Notes: generated from the sequence alone by a model not told the origin. A DNA stretch of 64,000 bases from Devosia sp. (GCA_028290665.1 JAQGJK010000026.1:90861-154860); one strand, 5' to 3'. Numbered from the stretch's first letter, positions 19,085 to 28,798 are shown. A program made the numbers and translations.

Positions 19085-19195
19085 ATCCCGAAATCGGTTC
19101 TGCGCCGGCTCAATACTGCTCGAAGCCTCGCCTGCCAAGACAAATGCCGATGCGTATGCCTGCTTGCGCAGTCGACAGCGTTCGGCGGAGGCGGT

Positions 19196-20569
19196 TCAGA
19201 CCTTTTTTCCGTCTCTGTATCGGTAGCTGGGGGATTTGAGCGTCACCAGTTCCTCAGCCGCCGAGGGATGCAGGGCCACGGTCCGATCGAAATCGCCCTT
19301 GGTGGCGCCCATTACCATCGGGATGGCGACCAGTTGGATCATCTCGGCGGCCCCATGACCGGCGATGTGACAGCCGAGGATTTTGCCGCCATCGGCCTCA
19401 GTGATCAGCTTCAGCAGCATCCGCTCGCTGCGGGTCGACAGCGTGTTGATCATCGGCCGGAAGCGGGCGACATACACATCGATATCGCCATGAGTTGCCG
19501 CCTCGAGCTCGGTCAGGCCCACGGTGCCGAGCTCCGGCTCGGAAAACACCGCCGTCGGCACCATCGAGTGATCAACTGTCCTCAAAGTATCACCATAGAG
19601 CGTCTGGGCAAACGCCTGGCCCTCGCGAATAGCGATCGGGGTCAGCGCCTTGTGGCCGTTGACGTCGCCCACGGCATAGATGTTGGGAACATTGGTACGC
19701 GAATACTGGTCGACGACAACTTCGCCCAGCGGGCCGATTTCAACGCCAGCTTCCCGCAACCCAAAGCCCTCGACATTGGGAATTCGGCCGGTCGCGAACA
19801 TTACCGCGCCGTAAGGGGCAGTAATACCGTCACTAAAGGTCACCGCGACATCGGTGCCAGCCTCGGCGAGGGCCATGACGTTGGTCTGGTAGATCAACTT
19901 GACGCCATGCTGCTGTAGCCCTGCCTCGAGCGTCTGCTGCAGATCCGTATCAAACCCGCGCAATAGACAATCACCGCGATAGACGATGGTTGTTGCAACA
20001 CCGAGACCAGCAAAGATCGTCGCGAACTCGACGGCAATATAGCCGCCCCCCTCGATCAGGATCGAGCGCGGCAACTGCTTCAGATGGAACGCCTCGTTCG
20101 AGGTGATACCCAGTTCCTTGCCCGGAATGTCGGGAATGCGCGGATGACCGCCGGTCGCCACCAAGATGGTTTCGGTTTCCAATAGCCGACCATCCTTGAC
20201 CAACCGGATGGTGTGGAGATCGACGATCTCCGCCCGATCGCGGAAAACCTCGACACCGGCGGCGTCGAGCCCGGCCCCATAGGCCCGCTCCAGCCGGTCG
20301 ATTTCCTTGTCCTTGTTGGCGATCAGCGTCGGCCAGTCAAAACTCGCCTCGACCTGCCAGCCGAAGCTTTCCGCTACCTCGAATAGATCGGAAAAGCGCG
20401 CGCCGTAAACCAGCAGCTTCTTAGGGACGCAGCCGCGAATGACGCAAGTCCCGCCGACCCGGTATTCCTCGATGATGGCGACTTTCGCCCCGAGCGTCGC
20501 GGCGATGCGGGCGGCGCGTACTCCACCTGAGCCGGCGCCGATGACGACGAGATCGTAGCGGTCGGCCAT
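19196..20569 (-). CDS. gor: Glutathione-disulfide reductase
   Basis: YDLVVIGAGSGGVRAAR and the redox-active GGTCVIRGCVPKK. Start at ATG 20569. The longer ORF-track N-terminus runs through an upstream terminator hairpin. Confidence 0.85.
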   Translation of the reverse strand: MADRYDLVVIGAGSGGVRAARIAATLGAKVAIIEEYRVGGTCVIRGCVPKKLLVYGARFSDLFEVAESFGWQVEASFDWPTLIANKDKEIDRLERAYGAGLDAAGVEVFRDRAEIVDLHTIRLVKDGRLLETETILVATGGHPRIPDIPGKELGITSNEAFHLKQLPRSILIEGGGYIAVEFATIFAGLGVATTIVYRGDCLLRGFDTDLQQTLEAGLQQHGVKLIYQTNVMALAEAGTDVAVTFSDGITAPYGAVMFATGRIPNVEGFGLREAGVEIGPLGEVVVDQYSRTNVPNIYAVGDVNGHKALTPIAIREGQAFAQTLYGDTLRTVDHSMVPTAVFSEPELGTVGLTELEAATHGDIDVYVARFRPMINTLSTRSERMLLKLITEADGGKILGCHIAGHGAAEMIQLVAIPMVMGATKGDFDRTVALHPSAAEELVTLKSPSYRYRDGKKV

Positions 20570-20606
20570 GGGATAAACCTGTCTGGACGGAGAAGCGATC
20601 GGATTG

Positions 20607-20637
20607 CATAAACGAAAGCCCCGCACAAGGCGGGGCT
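20607..20637 (-). terminator. Intrinsic terminator after the DUF2059 gene
   Basis: AGCCCCGC (20617-20624), loop ACAAG, GCGGGGCT (20630-20637). On the minus strand it is followed by TTCGTTTATG. Confidence 0.6.
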
Positions 20638-20665
20638 CGGCAGGTCGGCGATGCGTCAGGCAGGT

Positions 20666-21184
20666 CTAGAGTTCGATGCCCTGGGCCTTGAGTTCGGCAC
20701 GAACCTTGGCGAAAAATTCGGTTTTGGTGTTGTTCTCGAACACCCCCATGACCCGCTGCAAATCCTGGTTGACCTCGGCATTCGAGGTCGCGAGCTTGAT
20801 GCCCACCGGCGATTCGTAGAATGCCACGATCTGCTGCAGTTCCTCGGGACTGAAGTTCAGCGCATAAACGCGGGCGAACTGGTCCAGCAACTCGCCCTTC
20901 TTGCCCTTGTACTGTTCCAGCACCTTGCCGACGGCGGTGTCGATCTCGTCTAGCATTTCAGGGTTTTGGCCAATCAACGTGCGCATCGTCTCGATGCCCG
21001 TCTGCACCAGCGTCACTTCGTAGATCGCGGATTGGTCGGTCAGGTCGACGTACTTACGGGCCAGCGCCAGATGGTCAGGCGCAACTTCCTGCGCGAAAGC
21101 CGGGACGGAGATCATCGCAGAAACGACCAACATTCCGGCCATCACGACGCGGGACAGCTGCTTGCGCGCCGATGTGAGTGTCAT
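20666..21184 (-). CDS. DUF2059 domain-containing periplasmic protein
   Basis: Signal peptide ...MISVPAFAQE, and FSPEELQQIVAFYESPVGIKL, which is typical of DUF2059. The rpiA-DUF2059-gor order matches Rhizobiales. Confidence 0.7.
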   Translation of the reverse strand: MTLTSARKQLSRVVMAGMLVVSAMISVPAFAQEVAPDHLALARKYVDLTDQSAIYEVTLVQTGIETMRTLIGQNPEMLDEIDTAVGKVLEQYKGKKGELLDQFARVYALNFSPEELQQIVAFYESPVGIKLATSNAEVNQDLQRVMGVFENNTKTEFFAKVRAELKAQGIEL

Positions 21185-21214
21185 GCTCGTTCTACCCCAG
21201 TATCCGTCGGCCGT

Positions 21215-21907
21215 TCAGGCATCGACGACTAAAACTCTGTCCGGTCCGGCGACATAGGCTCGTTGGCAGAGCCCGATGAAGAGACCATGCTGCACCACGC
21301 CGGCAATGTCGAGAAGTGCTGCGGAAACGGCTTCTGGCGCTGGAATGCGGCCAAATAATGCATCGAAGATCAGGTGCCCGCCATCGGTGACGAACGGCTC
21401 GCCGCCTGCTGCCCGGCGGAGCAGTAGCTCACCGGTCGCACCATGCGCCGCCATCACCCGTCCAATCGCCCGTTCCGTCGCCTTGAGCCCAAATTCGTTG
21501 ACCTCGACCGGCAACGGAAAGCCGCCGAGCGTGCCGACCAGCTTACTGTCATCGGCGATCACCACCATGCGCCGCGACGCCGCCGCAACGATCTTTTCGC
21601 GCAACAACGCGCCGCCGCCGCCCTTGATCAAGGCCAGTCCCGGCCCGATCTCGTCGGCACCATCGACAGTCAGGTCAAGCTCGCCAATCGAATCGAGCGT
21701 GGTGAGCGGGATGCCCAGCGCCCTCGCCTGTGCCGCGGTGCGTTCGGATGTCGGGACGCAGAGCAGCCGCATCCCGGACTCCACCAGCCGGCCGACGCCA
21801 TCGACGAAATGCGCGGCAGTCGAGCCGGTGCCGAGTCCAAGGCGCATGCCGTCCGTGACTTCCGCAAGCGACGCCACGGCAGCGTCCCGTTTCAGCGCAT
21901 CGCTCAA
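21215..21907 (-). CDS. rpiA: Ribose-5-phosphate isomerase A
   Basis: [36 protein letters not shown]. Confidence 0.9.
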   Translation of the reverse strand: MSDALKRDAAVASLAEVTDGMRLGLGTGSTAAHFVDGVGRLVESGMRLLCVPTSERTAAQARALGIPLTTLDSIGELDLTVDGADEIGPGLALIKGGGGALLREKIVAAASRRMVVIADDSKLVGTLGGFPLPVEVNEFGLKATERAIGRVMAAHGATGELLLRRAAGGEPFVTDGGHLIFDALFGRIPAPEAVSAALLDIAGVVQHGLFIGLCQRAYVAGPDRVLVVDA

Positions 21908-22145
21908 TTGCTGGACCTCATGTGGCGTCGCTAGAGGCCGCTCGGTGCCATGTCAACGTCCGCTCCTCCGTCGTGGTGAATGCCAGTGTCGTTTTGCGGC
22001 AACACCCCATGATCCTTGATGGTGATTGTGTGGCGAGATCGGGGCAGGTCACTTCACCCGCTGCGCGATTTCCAGTAAGCACCTGAACTCTATTGAAAGT
22101 CCGCGACTCGGTCGTGGGGCACCCTCGAGAGGCGCAGTCAAAGTC

Positions 22146-22742
22146 ATGAATCTGTTGAGAATGGCGGTAGCGGCAACGCTTGCCGCGCTAATGTCCGTGG
22201 CAGTAGTGCTGCCGGCATCCGCGGCCCGGGTCTATAATGCCGATACCAACAGCTGGGAAGAGCCGGTCGCCCGCACGGCGAGCAAGGTTTCGACCACCAA
22301 CCCTATCCCCAAGGAAATCGTCGATTACGCGACCGATTACAAAGTCGGCACCATCATCGTCGAGACGTCGGAGCGTCGGCTGTATCTGGTGCTCGAAGGT
22401 GGCAAGGCCTTGAAGTACGGTATCGGCGTTGGCCGTGACGGCTTCCGCTGGTCTGGCCAGCACACCATCACCCGCGTTGCCGAATGGCCGGGCTGGACGC
22501 CGCCGGAAGCGATGCGCAAGCGCGTCCCGGATCTGCCGGCTTACATGCCGGGCGGCCCCGACAATCCGCTTGGTGCCCGCGCACTTTATATCGGCTCGAC
22601 GCTCTATCGGATCCACGGCACGTCCGAGCCATGGACCATCGGCCAGGCCGTCTCGTCGGGCTGCATCCGCCTCACCAATGACGACGTGATCGATCTTTAC
22701 GACCGCGTCCATGTCGGCGCTCTGGTCGTCGTCCGCCAGTAA
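22146..22742 (+). CDS. L,D-transpeptidase (YkuD domain)
   Basis: Signal peptide MNLLRMAVAATLAALMSVAVVLPASA. Catalytic motif YRIHGTSEPWTIGQAVSSGCIRLTNDDV. Confidence 0.85.
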   Translation: MNLLRMAVAATLAALMSVAVVLPASAARVYNADTNSWEEPVARTASKVSTTNPIPKEIVDYATDYKVGTIIVETSERRLYLVLEGGKALKYGIGVGRDGFRWSGQHTITRVAEWPGWTPPEAMRKRVPDLPAYMPGGPDNPLGARALYIGSTLYRIHGTSEPWTIGQAVSSGCIRLTNDDVIDLYDRVHVGALVVVRQ

Positions 22743-22758
22743 GCTTGCTCCGCTTGTG

Positions 22759-22789
22759 AAAAAGGCCAGCCTGCGGGCTGGCCTTTTTT
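22759..22789. terminator. Bidirectional intrinsic terminator between the convergent L,D-transpeptidase and Lrp genes
   Basis: AAAAA-GGCCAGCC-tgcg-GGCTGGCC-TTTTTT (stem 22764-22771 / 22776-22783). Confidence 0.75.
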
Positions 22790-22813
22790 GTTGCGGATGC
22801 CGACGCCGCAAAA

Positions 22814-23293
22814 CTAGTCGTCCGCGACGTGTACGAAATCGAGCGGCAGCGCCGTGGTATATTTGATCTGCCCCATGGCGAATGCCGAGCTCACATCGGT
22901 CAGCGCAATCTTGCCGATCATCCGCTTGTAGAACGAATCGTAGGCGGCGATGTCGGGGACGACGACGCGCAGCAAATAGTCGACGTCGCCGCTCATTCGG
23001 TAAAACTCCACTACTTCGGGAAATTCATCGACGACACCGGCGAATTTGCGCATCCACGCTTCGTTGTGCTCGTTGGTTTTGACCGACATGAACACCGTGA
23101 CGCCGGCGTTGATCTTCGTCGGATCGAGCACCGCGACGCGACCCTTGATCACGCCGTCCTCTTCCATTTTCTGGATCCGGCGCCAGCACGGCGTGGTCGA
23201 CAGCCCGACCTTCCGGCCGATCTCCGCTACGGGCGTTGTCGCGTCCTTCTGCAGCAATGCCAGAATTTTGCGGTCGATTTTGTCGAGCGCCAT
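22814..23293 (-). CDS. Lrp/AsnC family transcriptional regulator
   Basis: LDKIDRKILALLQKDATTPVAEIGRKVGLSTTPCWRRIQKMEEDGVI, plus a C-terminal RAM/AsnC_trans_reg domain. Confidence 0.9.
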   Translation of the reverse strand: MALDKIDRKILALLQKDATTPVAEIGRKVGLSTTPCWRRIQKMEEDGVIKGRVAVLDPTKINAGVTVFMSVKTNEHNEAWMRKFAGVVDEFPEVVEFYRMSGDVDYLLRVVVPDIAAYDSFYKRMIGKIALTDVSSAFAMGQIKYTTALPLDFVHVADD

Positions 23294-23408
23294 CCGCTAC
23301 TCCTCGTCTGAATTGCAGGGAATAGCTGAACGCCGTTGAGTTTGGCACGACCCCCGCCGCGAGCGCGATTCAAGGCAATGGCACCCCGCTTGTCAATCGC
23401 CAGAAGAA

Positions 23409-23972
23409 CTAGAACAAGCTGCGGAACCAGGCGAGTGGCGTAAAGCCCTGCGGGTCGCCCGAATTTGCCCGCCGCCAGTCGGCCGGGTCGTCGAAAGTTC
23501 CTGCCCAGATACCGCGCCCGGCACTTCGGGCTTTATTTTCCTCGGCCCGATAGCCATCGCGCGCTACGGCAAGTCCGGCGAGGACAATCGCCGCCCCAAT
23601 GTCGCTCTCCCCGATTCGGCAATGAGCGAGGATCCGATCATACTGGTCGCGCCCGCGGCCGGCGCAACTCACCTCGCCGGCCGCCAGAAGCTGCCCCATC
23701 AACGCCTGCGCGTCGCGGCCACAGAGCCAGTCGTGCCCGGCCCGGTCAGTGCAAGTTTGGGCCAGTTCGGGCGCGTCGAGGTCGAGCAGGCGAATGCGCT
23801 CGTCATCCATGCGCAAAGTGTCGCCGTCCGAGGCGCGGGCGGTCCCTTCGAGCGACGGGAGCCCGGGTTCCACCAGGGCTGAAACCACCGCCGCAACTGC
23901 GAAGGTGGCGATTATCCCGACAGTTCTCCACAACCGCCGTTTCATTCGACGCTGGAGACGGCTTGCGACCAC
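23409..23972 (-). CDS. Thermonuclease (SNase-like) family protein, membrane-anchored
   Basis: SDGDTLRMDDERIRLLDLDAPEL...DQYDRILAHC...ARSAGRGIWAG. The start could instead be MKRRLW at 23945. Confidence 0.75.
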   Translation of the reverse strand: MVASRLQRRMKRRLWRTVGIIATFAVAAVVSALVEPGLPSLEGTARASDGDTLRMDDERIRLLDLDAPELAQTCTDRAGHDWLCGRDAQALMGQLLAAGEVSCAGRGRDQYDRILAHCRIGESDIGAAIVLAGLAVARDGYRAEENKARSAGRGIWAGTFDDPADWRRANSGDPQGFTPLAWFRSLF

Positions 23973-23975
23973 GAT

Positions 23976-23991
23976 TTAACCCCGCGCTAAC
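23976..23991 (+). promoter_or_regulatory. Near-consensus CtrA-type box (TTAA-N7-cTAAC)
   Basis: TTAA (23976-23979), ccccgcg, CTAAC (23987-23991), about 75 nt upstream of the kinase start at 24065. Single site with one mismatch. Confidence 0.2.
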
Positions 23992-24064
23992 CACGCAATG
24001 CTTAGGGTTTTCCGTGAGTATCGCGAAGGCGTTTTTCTTCGCAGTTGAGTAATCGAGTTCCTGC

Positions 24065-25594
24065 ATGTCGTTCGCCCCGGCGACCCTCGAATCTGACGTG
24101 CGCGCGCGGATGGGCCGTGAGCATCGGCTGGACACGCAAAAAACCGTCTTGGACGCCCGACAGCGGCTGACATCGACGTCGGGAACCAAGGCCGCATTCG
24201 ATTTCGAACTGCTCGACGAATATGCGCAATCCCGCCTCGGCAGCGCGCTTGCCGTCACGGCGCTGCTGGTCATCCTCGCGGTCCTGCTCTGCGTCTGGGT
24301 CCCGCCAGTCGCCGCCGGGGTCTGGGCCGGGCTGGTGATCGCCGCGAATCTCGGCGTCGCGTTGCTCAGCCGGCAGTTTCGCGTCGCCAACCACGCCAAG
24401 TTCAATGCCGGCAAATGGACCGCCCGGTTCGTCGCTGCCGAAAGCGTCTACGGCCTCGCCTGGTCGACGCTGGCGCTGATGCCGTTCCTCGCCGGCGGGG
24501 AAAACCTGTCGGTGCTGCTGTTCGCCATGGTGCTGGTCTGCGTCGCGGCCAACGCCGTTTCGACGCGTACCCTGCCCGGCGCCACGCTGGTCAGCACCAT
24601 CCCGGCGGCCGCCGCCGTGTGCGCCCACCTGGTGCTGTCGGGGGGCACGCTGAACTACACTTTGGCCGTCGTCGTCCTTGGCGGCGAAATCTTTTTCGTC
24701 TACCTCGCCCGGCAATTGCATACCTCGGTGCTGGAAACCGTGATGCATCAGGCCGAAAAAGATGCCCTGATCAACGAGTTGGAGGCGGCCCGCAATATGT
24801 CGGATGAAGCGCGCCGGCATGCCGAACAGGCCAATATCGCCAAATCGCAGTTCCTCGCCACGATGAGCCACGAACTGCGCACGCCGCTCAACGCCATCAT
24901 CGGGTTTTCGGAAGTGCTGAAATCCGAGATGCTCGGGCCGCTCGGCATGCCGCAATATCGCGAATATGCCGGTGACATCCATTCGAGCGGCCAGCATCTG
25001 CTCAATCTCATCAACGAGTTGCTCGATCTCTCCCGCATCGAAGCCGGCAAATACGAGCTCAACGAGGAGGTGGTATCGTTGATCGATATTGCCGAGGATT
25101 GCCGACGGATGATGGAAATCCGCGCCCGCTCCAAGAGCCTCGATCTGACGTTTACCTACCCCGAAAATCTACCGAAACTGTGGGGGGACGAGCGCGCCAT
25201 CCGGCAGGTGGTGCTCAACCTGTTGTCGAACGCCATCAAGTTCACGCCCCAGCATGGCAAGGTGGCGCTGGCAGTATCGCGGACGGCGGATAGCGGCCAG
25301 ATGGTGTCGGTGCGCGACAACGGCCCCGGCATTCCGGAAAATGAAATCGCCACGGTGCTGTCGTCGTTCGGCCAGGGTAGTCTGGCGCAAAAAAGCGCCG
25401 AACAGGGTGCCGGGCTCGGGCTCCCCATCGTCCAGAAAATCATGGAGCTGCATCAGGGGCGGTTCGATTTGTTCTCGAAGCTGCGTTTCGGCACCGAAGT
25501 CATCGCCACCTTCCCGCGCGCCCGGGTAATGGATGCGGTCGCCGCAGTGCCGGCGACGCGGCCGGACCGGTTACAGTTCTACTCCGAAGCGTGA
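24065..25594 (+). CDS. Polytopic membrane sensor histidine kinase with a PleC/DivJ (PdhS)-family-type HisKA
   Basis: About 5-6 N-terminal TM helices. H-box FLATMSHELRTPLNAIIGFSEVLKSEMLGPLGMPQYREYAGDIHSSGQHLLNLINELLDLSRIEAGK. HATPase_c (VRDNGPGIP...GAGLGLPIV). Confidence 0.8.
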   Translation: MSFAPATLESDVRARMGREHRLDTQKTVLDARQRLTSTSGTKAAFDFELLDEYAQSRLGSALAVTALLVILAVLLCVWVPPVAAGVWAGLVIAANLGVALLSRQFRVANHAKFNAGKWTARFVAAESVYGLAWSTLALMPFLAGGENLSVLLFAMVLVCVAANAVSTRTLPGATLVSTIPAAAAVCAHLVLSGGTLNYTLAVVVLGGEIFFVYLARQLHTSVLETVMHQAEKDALINELEAARNMSDEARRHAEQANIAKSQFLATMSHELRTPLNAIIGFSEVLKSEMLGPLGMPQYREYAGDIHSSGQHLLNLINELLDLSRIEAGKYELNEEVVSLIDIAEDCRRMMEIRARSKSLDLTFTYPENLPKLWGDERAIRQVVLNLLSNAIKFTPQHGKVALAVSRTADSGQMVSVRDNGPGIPENEIATVLSSFGQGSLAQKSAEQGAGLGLPIVQKIMELHQGRFDLFSKLRFGTEVIATFPRARVMDAVAAVPATRPDRLQFYSEA

Positions 25595-25615
25595 TGTCGA
25601 CGGCGGCTGGCCCAG

Positions 25616-26632
25616 CTACGCCCTGCCGCTGACCCCGGCGCTCTCGAACGTTGCCATGGTGTTGTGGAGGTTCAGGGCCGTTTTCACCAGCACCGCTGCC
25701 AGCGCCGCTCCGGTGCCTTCGCCCAAACGCATGCCGAGATCGAGCAATGCCGTGCGGTTCATCGCCGCCAGCGCGCGCGCATGACCGCTTTCGGCGGAAA
25801 CGTGAGCGAACAGGCAGTGCTCGATCGCCTGGGGATCGACCGCATAGGCAACCGCCGCTGCAGCCGTGGCGACAAAGCCGTCGACGATCACCGGCACCTT
25901 TTGATGTCGTGCTGCCACGATGGCCCCGAGCATCGCTGCAATCTCCCGGCCACCGACCCGGGCGACGATCTTCAGCGGATGATCGAGGTCGTCGCGGTGC
26001 AGCGCCAGCGCCCGGTCGACCGCATCGGCCTTCCGCGCCAGCCCGGCATCATCGACACCGGTGCCGCGTCCCACCCAATCGGCCCCGGTGCCCCCGAACA
26101 GCGCCGCATAGATCGCGGCGGCGACTGTGGTGTTGCCGATGCCCATCTCGCCGATGCACAGCAAATCCGGCCGGCCGGCGACCGCCTCCATGCCGTAGGC
26201 GATGGTCGCGGCACACATCCGGTCGTCGAGCGCCGCAGTCTGCGTGATGTCGCCGGTCGGGAGTTCCAGCGCCAGTTCGATGACACGCAGATTGAGCTCG
26301 TGCTGAATGCAGATGCGCGAGATCGCCGCGCCTCCACGAGTGAAATTGGCTACCATCTGCGCGGTAACGGCGCGCGGATACGCCGAGACGCCTTGATCGG
26401 TTACCCCGTGATTGGCCGCAAAAATGGCGACCATCGGATTTTCGAGGATCGGCTTGCTCAGACCCTGCCAACGAGCGAGGAACTCGACCATGCCTTCGAG
26501 CTGCCCGAGCGACCCTGGTGGCTTGGTCAGCATCGCATCGTGTTCGCGCACGGCAGTCACCGCCGCCTCGTCGCCCTCCGGCAGGATCGACAGCAGGTCG
26601 ACGAAATCGGCATAGACGGGATCGAGCGGCAT
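25616..26632 (-). CDS. cobT: Nicotinate-nucleotide--dimethylbenzimidazole phosphoribosyltransferase
   Basis: 338 aa from MPLDPVYADF. KPPGSLGQLE, GEMGIGNTT, RLGEGTGAAL. The 634-aa ORF-track version adds an Arg-rich extension antisense to cobS. Confidence 0.9.
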   Translation of the reverse strand: MPLDPVYADFVDLLSILPEGDEAAVTAVREHDAMLTKPPGSLGQLEGMVEFLARWQGLSKPILENPMVAIFAANHGVTDQGVSAYPRAVTAQMVANFTRGGAAISRICIQHELNLRVIELALELPTGDITQTAALDDRMCAATIAYGMEAVAGRPDLLCIGEMGIGNTTVAAAIYAALFGGTGADWVGRGTGVDDAGLARKADAVDRALALHRDDLDHPLKIVARVGGREIAAMLGAIVAARHQKVPVIVDGFVATAAAAVAYAVDPQAIEHCLFAHVSAESGHARALAAMNRTALLDLGMRLGEGTGAALAAVLVKTALNLHNTMATFESAGVSGRA

Positions 26633-26743
26633 GGTGGACCTCAGCAGCGGCGCAGGTTGCGCAAATCGTCGCGCGGCATGGCATTTTCCGCCGCGGCGGC
26701 GGATACATGGCAGCGACAGCGAGTCACGGCAAGGAGCGGTCCA

Positions 26744-27595
26744 ATGACCGACGAGAACGGGATCGATCCGGCAGCGGCTCCGGGCGCAGGAAACTCGGAC
26801 GGCGCCAGGCGTTTCGATCCCTCGCGCGAAATTGCCCGCGCACTCGTTGGCCTGACCATGAGCCTCAAATTTTACTCGCGGCTGCCACTCGGCGGAGTCC
26901 ACGTCAAACCCGAACTCGATGCGATGGCACCGATCGTGCCGCTCGCCAGCCTGATCATCGGCATCGTCCCGGTGCTGGTGCTGCTGACCGGCACCTGGCT
27001 CGGGATTCCATCGCTGATCTCGGCAGCGATTGCCGTCGCGGCGCTGATCATCGTCACCGGTGGGTTGGCCGAGGACGGACTCGCCGATGCGGCCGACGGG
27101 CTGCTCGGTGGCGATACGCCCGAGCGGCGGCTCGAAATCTTTCGCGACAGCCGGCACGGCACCTTCGGCGTCTCGGCGCTGGCGCTGCTGCTGCTGATCC
27201 GCGTCGGCGCCATCGGTGCCTTCATCTTTTCCAGCAGCTGGGGCACGGCGCTGATTTGGCTCGCCGCGATGGTCGTGGCACGATCGGGCGCGCTGTGGCT
27301 GCCAACGGTACTGTCTGCCGCTCGGGCAGACGGTCTCGCCTCGACGGCGGGGCGCGTAAAGCCGCTCAATTTCGTCATCGGCTTCCTCGCCGCCTTCGTT
27401 GTCGCGTACCTGCTGACGGTCTGGTTCACCAACTGGTATGCGCCGTTCGTCATGCTGGTGCCGATGGCTCTCGTCGCGCTGGCATGGACGTTCGTCAGCC
27501 GCCGTTACCTCGGCGGTCAAACCGGTGACATGATCGGAGCGCTACAGGCATTGCTCGAAGTTACCGCCCTCACCGCGCTGATCACGCTGGCCTGA
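26744..27595 (+). CDS. cobS: Adenosylcobinamide-GDP ribazoletransferase (cobalamin synthase)
   Basis: From ATG 26744 (MTDENG...). Polytopic membrane protein. LKFYSRLPL...GGLAEDGLADAADGL...DSRHGTFG...GGQTGDMIGA. Confidence 0.85.
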   Translation: MTDENGIDPAAAPGAGNSDGARRFDPSREIARALVGLTMSLKFYSRLPLGGVHVKPELDAMAPIVPLASLIIGIVPVLVLLTGTWLGIPSLISAAIAVAALIIVTGGLAEDGLADAADGLLGGDTPERRLEIFRDSRHGTFGVSALALLLLIRVGAIGAFIFSSSWGTALIWLAAMVVARSGALWLPTVLSAARADGLASTAGRVKPLNFVIGFLAAFVVAYLLTVWFTNWYAPFVMLVPMALVALAWTFVSRRYLGGQTGDMIGALQALLEVTALTALITLA

Positions 27596-27619
27596 CGGGC
27601 CGAGGAGGACCGCAAGCGG

Positions 27620-28306
27620 ATGCTGTTCATTGGAGTCGCCCTGGTCTTTGCCATCGGCCTCGCGCTGCTGATCGTCACCGATGCGGGGACGCTGATCGGC
27701 GTGTCGCAGACCCAATTGGGTCAGGCGCTGCCGCTGCTTATCATTCTCGTATTATTCGCAGGCAGTTTTTTTGCCCGTCGCCGACAATTCCCGGAAATGC
27801 TGCGCAGCCTCATTGCCTGGGTCGGTATCTTTGCCGTCGCGCTGATCGGCTATAGCTATCGCGACGACCTGATGACCGTTGCCGGACGGGTGTTCGGCGA
27901 ATTACGGCCCGGCGTCGCCATCGTCGATGCGCAGGGCGGCACAGTCAGTTTCCGCCGCGGCATGGGCGGTCACTTTGTCATCAATGCTGAAATCAATGGC
28001 CACGATCTGCCGCTGATTTTCGACACCGGCGCCAGCGCCGTGGTGCTGACGGTCGAGGACGCTAACGCGGCGGGGATCGATACGGCGAGCCTCAATTATT
28101 CGGTGCGCGTTTCGACGGCAAACGGCACCGGCCGTGCGGCGGTCGTGACGCTCGATCAGATCGTCATCGGCCCGATCGTCCGCAAGCGCGTCCGGGCCTT
28201 TATCGCCGAACACGGGGCGCTCGAAACCAGTCTGCTCGGCATGACCTTTCTTGAAACGCTCGAACGCTATTCGGTGTCGAGCGACCAGTTGGAGTTAATC
28301 GATTGA
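27620..28306 (+). CDS. Membrane-anchored retropepsin-like (clan AA, TIGR02281-type) aspartic protease
   Basis: Three N-terminal TM helices, then GHFVINAEINGHDLPLIFDTGASAVVLT (D-T-G active site) and LLGMTFLE. Confidence 0.75.
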   Translation: MLFIGVALVFAIGLALLIVTDAGTLIGVSQTQLGQALPLLIILVLFAGSFFARRRQFPEMLRSLIAWVGIFAVALIGYSYRDDLMTVAGRVFGELRPGVAIVDAQGGTVSFRRGMGGHFVINAEINGHDLPLIFDTGASAVVLTVEDANAAGIDTASLNYSVRVSTANGTGRAAVVTLDQIVIGPIVRKRVRAFIAEHGALETSLLGMTFLETLERYSVSSDQLELID

Positions 28307-28791
28307 TCCGGGATAATGACGAAGCACTGCTGCGCCAATCCTTTGCCGTTGCGACGCGGGCACGCGAGGGCGGCGACCACCCGTTCGGATCGATCCTTGC
28401 CGGGCCGGACGGCGAAGTCCTGATGGAACAGGGCAATGGGTATACCTCGGAAGGCTGCGACCGCACCGCCCATGCCGAGCGGCTGCTGGCCTCCCGCGCC
28501 GCCAAAGCCTACGACCTCGATTTCCTCAGCCGCTGCACGCTGTACTCGTCGGCAGAACCCTGCGCCATGTGCGCGGGCGCCATTTACTGGGCGGGGATTG
28601 GCCGATTGGTCTATGGGCAATCGGAAAAGGCGCTGAAGCTGCAGACCGGCGCGCACGAGGAAAATCCGACGCTCGACCTGCCCTGCGCCACGGTATTCGA
28701 GGCGGGCCAGCGGCAAACCGAGATCGTCGGCCCACTGCTCGAATGGGAAGCCGCCCAATTGCAGGCAGATTTCTGGACCGGCCGGAGCTAG
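28303..28791 (+). CDS. Nucleoside/guanine deaminase (CMP/dCMP-type zinc deaminase fold)
   Basis: HAERLL...SSAEPCAMCAGAIYWAGI (H-A-E and PC..C zinc motifs). Start overlaps the upstream stop by 4 nt. Confidence 0.8.
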   Translation: MIRDNDEALLRQSFAVATRAREGGDHPFGSILAGPDGEVLMEQGNGYTSEGCDRTAHAERLLASRAAKAYDLDFLSRCTLYSSAEPCAMCAGAIYWAGIGRLVYGQSEKALKLQTGAHEENPTLDLPCATVFEAGQRQTEIVGPLLEWEAAQLQADFWTGRS

Positions 28792-28798
28792 AGTTCTT

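Noticed and set aside
17471-19918. Plus-strand ORFs of 371 aa (17471-18586) and 395 aa (18731-19918).
   Set aside because: They are antisense to the clearly recognisable DAHP synthase and glutathione reductase genes. Their translations are Arg/Gly/His-rich without motifs.
24002-24997. A 331-aa minus-strand ORF.
   Set aside because: It is antisense to the histidine kinase gene (24065-25594), whose H-box and ATPase motifs are unambiguous.
26633-26743. Possible cobalamin riboswitch between the divergent cobT and cobS genes.
   Set aside because: The spacer is only about 110 nt, and I could not find a B12-box-like element or the expected multi-stem structure.
25616-27595. A 634-aa minus ORF and a 643-aa plus ORF that overlap almost completely.
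   Set aside because: Only the 3' 338 codons of the minus ORF are cobT (from MPLDPVY, ATG 26632). Only the 3' 283 codons of the plus ORF are cobS (ATG 26744). The remaining parts are Arg/Pro-rich antisense read-through of each other.
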